From IMG/VR virus record IMGVR_UViG_3300030099_006533: DNA of 64,000 nucleotides. One strand, 5' to 3'. Each line of letters starts with the position of its first letter. Positions within the stretch are counted from its first letter, which is position 1. A program made the translations under genes and the position numbers. The stretch is from a virus. Under the pieces are notes generated by a model. The model did not search any database. It was not told where the DNA came from and was given only the letters and a program-made list of their open reading frames with translations. Of the stretch, positions 57,627-63,949 are shown in pieces.

Positions 57627-57799
57627 GAGTTGGTGATTTAGTAAAAGTAAAGTTGAAGCGCCGCGAAGACACCCTAGGTCTTGTGGTCGAGGTCAAGCAA
57701 GATGATAGCAACCGCATCATCATTGTCCAGCCAGTAAACCCCGGCTTGCAGGTCTATGCCAACCCGGTCGATGTGGAGGTGATCAGTGAAAGTAGGTGA
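57623..57799 (+). CDS. Small SH3/KOW-like protein (not in ORF track)
   Basis: MRVGDLVKV..LGLVVEV..EVISESR. Confidence 0.6.
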   Translation: MRVGDLVKVKLKRREDTLGLVVEVKQDDSNRIIIVQPVNPGLQVYANPVDVEVISESR

Positions 57800-57977
57800 T
57801 ATTGTTAGACATTTTCTTACCGAGCAGATCGGTATTGTGCTAGAGGTACGCAAGGGTACTAGGGTTGCACTTTCCGCAGCAAACGTACTTTGGACCACGC
57901 AAGGCGATTCGCTTTTCGGCCCCGGCCACAAAGAATGGTGCTGGCAAAAAAGTTTGGATCTCTTGACAAATGCTTGA
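57786..57977 (+). CDS. Small SH3/KOW-like protein
   Basis: MKVGDIVR..IGIVLEV..NVLW. Confidence 0.6.
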   Translation: MKVGDIVRHFLTEQIGIVLEVRKGTRVALSAANVLWTTQGDSLFGPGHKEWCWQKSLDLLTNA

Positions 57978-58017
57978 CAAAAGAATCCTTGACCCCAGCA
58001 CTGGGCAGTGATATATT
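57963..58017 (+). promoter_or_regulatory. Phased-hexamer early promoter
   Basis: TTGACA 57963, TTGACA 57974, -35 TTGACC 57989, -10 TATATT 58012. Confidence 0.85.
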
Positions 58018-58040
58018 AGTAGAGTACAAAGGAGATACGC

Positions 58041-58277
58041 ATGGATTATGATAGAGAGTTTCAGGTATACACTGACAACCATCAGTGTGAGGACTTTGAG
58101 GTGCCCTACATTGGTTCGCCTGCCACGCTGGTCATCGCTGCCCGGGATCTGCTGGCATCGAAGGACTATGACACCAGTCACCGCGAGTACCTTAGTCAGT
58201 TTGGCAACCGCGTGCTTGTGATGCAGCGCACCGCAGATCAGAGCCCCGGCTGGTGGCGTGTGACGGAGGTACACTAA
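58041..58277 (+). CDS. Hypothetical protein
   Basis: SD AAGGAG after promoter. Confidence 0.55.
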   Translation: MDYDREFQVYTDNHQCEDFEVPYIGSPATLVIAARDLLASKDYDTSHREYLSQFGNRVLVMQRTADQSPGWWRVTEVH

Positions 58278-58573
58278 TGCAGTTCTGGCATGCATCAATC
58301 ACCCATGAAGGCGAACACGCAGTCACCACCCACTTGACAGAAGAAGGGGCCTTGCGGGCCGCTATCTTTGACGTTATGGAGTTCATGGGTCTTGAAGATG
58401 GTGAGGAACGCATGAACCGCGATCAAGACGTTGATCTAGTCACTGACCATAAGGTGATTATGGAGGCAAGTCTTGATCAGTTGCGGCGATGGTGGCCCAC
58501 ATGGTGCGAGGAAACATGGGATAACCCATATAGCTATGACGTACAAATCACAACGAGTGACCTGCAAGCATGA
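58277..58573 (+). CDS. Hypothetical protein
   Basis: TAATG coupling; SD GGAGGT. Confidence 0.55.
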   Translation: MQFWHASITHEGEHAVTTHLTEEGALRAAIFDVMEFMGLEDGEERMNRDQDVDLVTDHKVIMEASLDQLRRWWPTWCEETWDNPYSYDVQITTSDLQA

Positions 58574-58878
58574 GTATGGAACTACCAGTAAAAGTAACTT
58601 GGCCCCCGTGCCTCGCAAACATCGGATTCAAGCGATTCGCGATCAGCGGTGGAACTTGGATCGAAGTACCACTTGATACCACTCGCGACGAACTAGGGCT
58701 TTACATGGTTTGGGATCGCCCGAAGATTGACACAGTTGAACGAATGACATGGGAGGTCGAGGGCAGCAAGGGCAACGTGTATAAAGTAACCTTGACTGGT
58801 GATCACTGGTCATGTACTTGCCCCGGCTTCAGGTGGCGTAACTCATGCAAGCATATCGAGGCGAAAAAAGCGGGATGA
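58570..58878 (+). CDS. SWIM zinc-finger protein
   Basis: WSCTCPGF..SCKHI. Confidence 0.75.
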   Translation: MSMELPVKVTWPPCLANIGFKRFAISGGTWIEVPLDTTRDELGLYMVWDRPKIDTVERMTWEVEGSKGNVYKVTLTGDHWSCTCPGFRWRNSCKHIEAKKAG

Positions 58879-59087
58879 AAGTTATTGATTTACACGGTGT
58901 TAGACACAAAGATATTTATGGAATGATCGAAGGTCCGTGTGTGGACGGCGAATATCCGTTCATTGTTGTCACGGGCAAATCTGAAACAATGAAAAGGATC
59001 GTGACGCAGATTGTTGGAACATTCGGTCTACACACCAAAGAGAAGCTAGGCAACAGCGGGAGGCTTGTAATCTGTGAAAGTCGGTGA
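58875..59087 (+). CDS. Stand-alone Smr-domain protein
   Basis: IDLHG..IVVTGKS..MKRIV..GNSGRLVI. Confidence 0.65.
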   Translation: MKVIDLHGVRHKDIYGMIEGPCVDGEYPFIVVTGKSETMKRIVTQIVGTFGLHTKEKLGNSGRLVICESR

Positions 59088-59277
59088 TCTAGTCAAGATG
59101 CCGGGAACCATGCATCGCGACGATGCCGAGGTGATAGGCGTGGTTACTCGCACCAGACCCGATGGGATCAATCGAGGCACGCCCCACCTTCATCGCGTTC
59201 AGATTTACTGGATTCAAGACAATGAGTATTCATGGGAGCCCGCGAAGTGGTTGGAGGTGATCAGTGAAAGTCGGTGA
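59074..59277 (+). CDS. Small SH3/KOW-like protein
   Basis: MKVGDLVKM..IGVVT..QIYW..EVISESR. Confidence 0.6.
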   Translation: MKVGDLVKMPGTMHRDDAEVIGVVTRTRPDGINRGTPHLHRVQIYWIQDNEYSWEPAKWLEVISESR

Positions 59278-59416
59278 TTTAGTGGTGCAGATAGGCTGGG
59301 AAGGTGATGGGTTTGGCCTCGTCATCGAAGTTGACGATGGCATTGTCAACGTCCTGTGGCCCGGTGGCGCAGTAAATATGTATGGAACCGATCTGACGGT
59401 GATCAGCAAAAAGTAA
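59264..59416 (+). CDS. Small SH3/KOW-like protein (not in ORF track)
   Basis: MKVGDLVV..FGLVIEV..NVLW..TVISKK. Confidence 0.6.
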   Translation: MKVGDLVVQIGWEGDGFGLVIEVDDGIVNVLWPGGAVNMYGTDLTVISKK

Positions 59417-59446
59417 CCTTTGTGGACATGGCTCATTCCGCCGAGT

Positions 59447-59513
59447 TTGACAAATCTCTTGACATTCTCTTTACAAGATCACTATTGACTCCCTTGCCCA
59501 CAGGTGCTATATT
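59447..59513 (+). promoter_or_regulatory. Phased-hexamer early promoter (three upstream hexamers)
   Basis: TTGACA 59447, TTGACA 59459, TTTACA 59470, -35 TTGACT 59485, -10 TATATT 59508. Confidence 0.85.
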
Positions 59514-59540
59514 ATATAGGTAATCAACGAGGTGAGAGTG

Positions 59541-59684
59541 ATGAGTAACAAGATCAAGGCCCGCAAGACGCGCAACTGGGTGGCTGTCCATGCCTTCCTG
59601 CGCTCTGGTGCGGGCAAGCACAAGGACAAGTCGAAGTACAGCCGCAAGGTGAAGCACAAGGGGGTCTACAATGAAAGTCGGTGA
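59541..59684 (+). CDS. 47-aa basic peptide, ArfA-like C-terminal motif (not in ORF track)
   Basis: First gene after promoter; GAGKHKDKSKYSRKVKHK. Confidence 0.5.
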   Translation: MSNKIKARKTRNWVAVHAFLRSGAGKHKDKSKYSRKVKHKGVYNESR

Positions 59685-59859
59685 TCTAGTGAGAAACCTT
59701 TATTCAGAAAGCGGTATGCTTGGGGTTATTATTGATTGGACGGATACAAGATGGCCTGATAACACTCAACGCTCGAACCATCCTGTTGTAACATGGAACG
59801 ACGGGCGAACAAGTTGGATTGAGGCACATCGTGCGGAGGTAATCAGTGAAAGTCGGTGA
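59671..59859 (+). CDS. Small SH3/KOW-like protein
   Basis: MKVGDLVR..LGVII..VVTW..EVISESR. Confidence 0.6.
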   Translation: MKVGDLVRNLYSESGMLGVIIDWTDTRWPDNTQRSNHPVVTWNDGRTSWIEAHRAEVISESR

Positions 59860-60067
59860 ACTATACGAAGTCCGTCACAACTGGCTTCTGCCCCACAGCA
59901 CGCGCGATTTCTGGTCAACCTGTGGCCCGGTGCTCTATCTGGGCGAGGATGTGATCGAGCGTGAGGATGGGGCGATGATCGTCAACCATGCCGTGCTCGT
60001 AAAAGGCCAAAGACGTATTCTGGACAAGTCTTTCCTCAAGTTCCTAGAGCCCTTGACAAAGACTTGA
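59846..60067 (+). CDS. Small SH3/KOW-like protein
   Basis: MKVGELYEV. Confidence 0.55.
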   Translation: MKVGELYEVRHNWLLPHSTRDFWSTCGPVLYLGEDVIEREDGAMIVNHAVLVKGQRRILDKSFLKFLEPLTKT

Positions 60068-60107
60068 CATTTTAGTTGTTGACTTTCGCTCCCCCCTGTG
60101 GGATAAT
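60053..60107 (+). promoter_or_regulatory. Phased-hexamer early promoter
   Basis: TTGACA 60053, TTGACA 60064, -35 TTGACT 60079, -10 GATAAT 60102. Confidence 0.85.
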
Positions 60108-60133
60108 ACAGAAGTAATCAAGGAGAGATACAT

Positions 60134-60472
60134 ATGGGATACCGTTCACAAGTCATGCTCGCGCTTCGGCCAAAGGCCGCTGCACTCTTTTCAACCGTTC
60201 GCGCCCGTGGTGGCGAACTTGCCGCACTACTTGAGGACGCCGCCGAGGGCAACCACAACGATGGCAACGAGTCCTATAACTGGGATCATATCAAGTGGTA
60301 CGACAGTTATTCGTGTGTCGGTGCCATTGAAGCGTTCATGAATCGACTCGATGAAGAAGACATGGAGGAAGAATATCGCTTCATCCGTATCGGTGAGGAC
60401 ACCGAGGACACAGAGCAGCGCGGCTGCGGCTTTGAGATTTACGTTTCCCGCTCGATTGAGTGGTATGAGTAA
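60134..60472 (+). CDS. Hypothetical phage protein
   Basis: MGYRSQV..IKWYDSY..YRFIRIGED; SD AAGGAG. Confidence 0.6.
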   Translation: MGYRSQVMLALRPKAAALFSTVRARGGELAALLEDAAEGNHNDGNESYNWDHIKWYDSYSCVGAIEAFMNRLDEEDMEEEYRFIRIGEDTEDTEQRGCGFEIYVSRSIEWYE

Positions 60473-60510
60473 ACTGTAATCTTTTCAACTACTTACCAAA
60501 GGACTAACAA

Positions 60511-60687
60511 GGGGCGGCTGCACCATACACGGAGTGACCGTTCACTGTCTCTGACGAACGGCATGTAAGAGGAAGACCCCCATCGCCTTTCGGGTATACC
60601 CGACGATGGCCGAACCCTCGACCCGCAAGGGAGTCAAAGCGAGACTAGGCCGAGTGCTCTGAGGAAGCATTCAATCGCAGCCGCCCC
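60511..60687 (+). ncRNA. Structured non-coding RNA candidate of unknown class
   Basis: 11-bp terminal stem GGGGCGGCTGC/GCAGCCGCCCC enclosing four hairpins in an ORF-free gap; strand inferred from GCAA tetraloop and G-U pairs. Confidence 0.7.
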
Positions 60688-60691
60688 GCCC

Positions 60692-60746
60692 TTTACAAAC
60701 TCTTTACAACTTTCCTCTTGATCTTTCCATTTCCCTGTGTGATAAT
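60692..60746 (+). promoter_or_regulatory. Phased-hexamer early promoter
   Basis: TTTACA 60692, TTTACA 60703, -35 TTGATC 60718, -10 GATAAT 60741. Confidence 0.8.
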
Positions 60747-60771
60747 AGTATCACAGTCAAGGAGAACAACA

Positions 60772-60969
60772 ATGACACAGACCCGTTTTGAGCAAGCTAC
60801 CGCACTATCTGAGGCGTTGATCGTCACGCTCGGACTTCAGGCCACGATGGAGGCAACCCGCGAGCAGCTTGCGGAGACACCCGAAGATGATCGCACCGAG
60901 GTCATTGACACGATGATGCAGACCATCGCCACCAGCATGGCTGCACTCGTAGGCACAGCGGAGGCTTAG
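60772..60969 (+). CDS. Small helical protein
   Basis: SD AAGGAG before ATG 60772. Confidence 0.55.
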   Translation: MTQTRFEQATALSEALIVTLGLQATMEATREQLAETPEDDRTEVIDTMMQTIATSMAALVGTAEA

Positions 60970-60970
60970 A

Positions 60971-61225
60971 ATGAACGTCGGTGATCTTGTAATGGTAACC
61001 TTGCGCGCGCGGGGTGGTGGTGACAAAGACAAGCCCGGGCTGATCTTGCAGTTCGATGACTGCGAGAATGTCCTCGTGCTCACAGGCCCGAACCAGTTTT
61101 GGGTTGAGTCCCGTCAGGTCCGACCGTTCCCGGCTGCGTCAATGGCTCAGAGTCGCCGTGTGGCTCGACGGCTTGAGAGGTTGGTTGTGGAGACAAAGGG
61201 AGGGCAGATCGATGAAGACGAGTAA
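60971..61225 (+). CDS. Small SH3/KOW-like protein
   Basis: MNVGDLVMV..PGLILQ. Confidence 0.6.
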   Translation: MNVGDLVMVTLRARGGGDKDKPGLILQFDDCENVLVLTGPNQFWVESRQVRPFPAASMAQSRRVARRLERLVVETKGGQIDEDE

Positions 61226-61442
61226 CGCCCGTGTGTGCCCCGAAGCGGCCACCGTCGTCGGTGCCCTTGTCAAGCCCCTAGCGACCCTCGCTGGCTCCTC
61301 TGAGGGCCTACAGGAGCCGCCTACAGGCATGAGCGTGGTCATGGAGTACAAAGTAAACTCTAGCGGTGAGTGGGTGTGCTTCGCGCTCAACCCGGATCGC
61401 TGGTGGGATCTCGCCCTGTTTGAAGTTGTCAGCAGAAAGTGA
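61212..61442 (+). CDS. Small SH3/KOW-like protein
   Basis: VVGALVK..GMSVVME..EVVSRK; SD GGAGG. Confidence 0.45.
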   Translation: MKTSNARVCPEAATVVGALVKPLATLAGSSEGLQEPPTGMSVVMEYKVNSSGEWVCFALNPDRWWDLALFEVVSRK

Positions 61443-61447
61443 ATCCC

Positions 61448-61502
61448 TTGACAAACACTTTACAAAATAGTCCTTGATCTTTCAGTCAGCATCACTTATA
61501 AT
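61448..61502 (+). promoter_or_regulatory. Phased-hexamer early promoter
   Basis: TTGACA 61448, TTTACA 61459, -35 TTGATC 61474, -10 TATAAT 61497. Confidence 0.85.
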
Positions 61503-61546
61503 GTATATGTAAGGTCGAGAAACACTCAACAAGGAGAGAGAGAAAT

Positions 61547-61891
61547 ATGGCTTACCTTCACAAAAATGACATCGTGATGATCAACGCGGCGAGTGGGATG
61601 ATTCAGGCTCGCGTCGTTGACATGCAGTTCCGTCGCTTCCGCAAGTCGTGGAAGGACAAGAAGACCGGCGAGAACAAGAGCCGATGGAAATCCGTGCCCT
61701 ATGCGGTGTGTGAGGTCTTCCTGGGTGCTCCTGTTGGCACCGAGTTCCTGATCCCCGGCTACAAGCTGCGGAACGAGACTAAGGACGGCGAGAAGCTGTT
61801 GGTCCTCCGCGACCAGTACGCTGCCGAGTTCACCGGCCACTGGGTCGAGAAGATGATCGCAGAGAGCAAGGAGAAGCGAGCCAATGCCTAG
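61547..61891 (+). CDS. Hypothetical protein
   Basis: SD AAGGAG; strong codon bias. Confidence 0.6.
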   Translation: MAYLHKNDIVMINAASGMIQARVVDMQFRRFRKSWKDKKTGENKSRWKSVPYAVCEVFLGAPVGTEFLIPGYKLRNETKDGEKLLVLRDQYAAEFTGHWVEKMIAESKEKRANA

Positions 61892-62180
61892 ACATAGAAA
61901 CAGTAACGTCGTTCGCCTGTGGGCCGCTGGTCGGCCCGCAACCAACCACAAGGGCACGCTGGTCGCCTGCGAGGATGGGAGCCTGTGGTCATACAGTCTC
62001 AAGATCGGCCAGCGCACGCCCGCTGGGGCCTGCGTGGTGGCCGACTACATGGCTGGGGCCGATGGCTTCCGCAGTCAGACCACTTCCTGTCATGTGTCCC
62101 GTGCGAAGCGGTATGCTGACATGGTGATGAACCCACTGGTCTGGCTTCACTCCCCTATGAGGAAGAAAGGTAACCTTTGA
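61884..62180 (+). CDS. Hypothetical phage protein
   Basis: LWSYSLKIG..SQTTSCHV. Confidence 0.55.
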   Translation: MPRHRNSNVVRLWAAGRPATNHKGTLVACEDGSLWSYSLKIGQRTPAGACVVADYMAGADGFRSQTTSCHVSRAKRYADMVMNPLVWLHSPMRKKGNL

Positions 62181-62434
62181 TGTCACGCCAGCATCTTCAC
62201 TTTCGATGTCCCCGGGTCGGTGATCTTGTTCACCCACTTGAGCACAGTGTAAAGTCCAACCGACGATCCGGGGCCTATGCCGATACCGAGCGTGTGGGCC
62301 TCGTCATCGAGAAGGACGGCCTTGACATACTGGTGCAGTTCACAGGCGAGAAGGATGACGCCGGGGATCCTCACCGACTCTGGTACAGGCGTACCAATGT
62401 CATCACCATCGACGGAGTGACAGAGATTCCTTGA
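62177..62434 (+). CDS. Small SH3/KOW-like protein
   Basis: PRVGDLV..VGLVIEK..LVQF. Confidence 0.55.
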   Translation: MMSRQHLHFRCPRVGDLVHPLEHSVKSNRRSGAYADTERVGLVIEKDGLDILVQFTGEKDDAGDPHRLWYRRTNVITIDGVTEIP

Positions 62435-62485
62435 CAAACACTTGACAACTTAGGGCTTGATCTTTCTAGATGGGGCATGTATAAT
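62431..62485 (+). promoter_or_regulatory. Phased-hexamer early promoter
   Basis: TTGACA 62431, TTGACA 62442, -35 TTGATC 62457, -10 TATAAT 62480. Confidence 0.85.
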
Positions 62486-62513
62486 ACTGGGGTAAGTTTG
62501 AGAAAGGTAAACT

Positions 62514-62717
62514 ATGAAGTTTCAGCCCGCCATGTTCGCAAAGGTAGGTGACCTGCTCTTCTGGTCGAAGTATGCAGACATGACCTCGCAGTCTCCGAAG
62601 ATGCACGAGTATGTGGGCATCTGCACTGGGCGCGAGTCGGGCATCGTCCACCTGATCAGCGCAGAGGGCCGAGCGACGAAGCTGAACGAAATATACCTAT
62701 TGATTTCAACTACTTAG
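62514..62717 (+). CDS. Small SH3/KOW-like protein
   Basis: AKVGDLL..VGICTG. Confidence 0.5.
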   Translation: MKFQPAMFAKVGDLLFWSKYADMTSQSPKMHEYVGICTGRESGIVHLISAEGRATKLNEIYLLISTT

Positions 62718-62721
62718 GCAA

Positions 62722-62788
62722 ATGACAAATCCCTTGACATACTCTTTACAAAATAACCCTTGATCTTTGAATCAAGCTAGGCTATAAT
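62722..62788 (+). promoter_or_regulatory. Phased-hexamer early promoter (three upstream hexamers)
   Basis: ATGACA 62722, TTGACA 62734, TTTACA 62745, -35 TTGATC 62760, -10 TATAAT 62783. Confidence 0.85.
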
Positions 62789-62832
62789 ATGTATGTAAGG
62801 TTGAGGAACGCCCAATAAAGGAGAGAGAGAAC

Positions 62833-63729
62833 ATGGGAAACTACAACGGAACAGTAAGGTGCGGATACTGCTACGAGCGCGGCCACAACGCGGCGGCATG
62901 CCCGAAGAAGAAGGCGCGCGTCGATGAACTTCGCGCATCAGACCCGGACCACTACATGGTTCGCGAGTGGGACCGCAAGGCCGACAAGCGTAAGCAGCGC
63001 GCCACTGGTAAGCGTGTCTGTGCCTACTGCATGGCGCACCGCAAGACCCGCGACTCGTGGGACTGGCGCAACATGTCCGAGGACGAGAAGGCTGAGAGCG
63101 GCATGATCGAGGCTACCACGAAGGATCGCTGGGGCGATACCGTCACCACTGGTGTCGAGGTTGACACCCTCTACGGCACCGAGGGCGAGCGTGGTGTGGG
63201 TCACTCGATTCGTGCCTGCAAGTACCGCAAGGCTGACATTGCTGACAAGACCAGCGAGGTCAAGTGCTCGCGTGTCAACCACCTGAAGCGCATGCTCGCC
63301 ATCGGCTACGGCCCGGGCGCAACCGTCGCTTTCGCAGACGACTGTCAGGCTCACGATGTGACCCCGGGCACCTTCGCCATCACCGACGTCGCATGGCACC
63401 GGCTGGGCCTTGAGGGCCTGAATGGCGACACCGCCTATATCAACGAGACTGTGGCGAATGCGAAGCATATCGCTCACCTGTTCAACCCAAACCCGCCATA
63501 TGGCTCGCTGAGGAACGTCACCCTTCCGATGGATGCGCTCGATGTGGACACGGACGGCTACCGCTCTCGGTACACCGACCGCGTTGCCACTCTGGTCACC
63601 CGCGCGTCGGAAGAGAAGGTTCGCAACTCGATTCCTTTCGGCTGGGCCGATGGCACCGATGACAAGACTCAAGAGGCCATTCTTGAGGGCCTGATGGATG
63701 GCGTCAAGACCCGCAGCAAGAAGAAGTAA
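62833..63729 (+). CDS. CCHC zinc-knuckle protein
   Basis: RCGYCYERGHNAAACP; second CAYC..GHSIRAC; SD AAGGAG. Confidence 0.65.
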   Translation: MGNYNGTVRCGYCYERGHNAAACPKKKARVDELRASDPDHYMVREWDRKADKRKQRATGKRVCAYCMAHRKTRDSWDWRNMSEDEKAESGMIEATTKDRWGDTVTTGVEVDTLYGTEGERGVGHSIRACKYRKADIADKTSEVKCSRVNHLKRMLAIGYGPGATVAFADDCQAHDVTPGTFAITDVAWHRLGLEGLNGDTAYINETVANAKHIAHLFNPNPPYGSLRNVTLPMDALDVDTDGYRSRYTDRVATLVTRASEEKVRNSIPFGWADGTDDKTQEAILEGLMDGVKTRSKKK

Positions 63730-63949
63730 ACTTGAGCAGGGAGCCTGAGAGCCATTCTGACGGCCCCGGGCTCTCTGCCTGACCCTTCACCCTTCCAAAC
63801 CCCCTGACGGCCCTCACAGGGCCTTACAGCCCCCGCAAACAGTAAACTCTGGAGAAACCTTTGACCGCACTTGCCATCCTTTACACGATTCCGCTCATCG
63901 GCCTGTGGGCCGCGGCCCTTTTCGGCTTCGGCATCGCGATTTCGAGTCC

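Noticed and set aside
60545-60670. Hammerhead ribozyme suggested by two CUGANGA motifs
   Set aside because: No GAAA core segment in the element, and the second CUGAGGA is closed as a simple hairpin loop; kept only as an unknown ncRNA
60511-60687. tmRNA, SRP RNA, RNase P RNA or group I intron identity
   Set aside because: No tRNA-like TTCRA/CCA end, no SRP helix-8 consensus, no complete RNase P P4; group-I-like GAGACTA and AATCGCAGC occur in the wrong order and no gene is interrupted
62938-63672. 244-aa minus-strand ORF, and the many other minus-strand ORFs in the track
   Set aside because: Antisense shadows of codon-biased + strand genes; no SD/promoter support or recognisable motifs; all promoters face +
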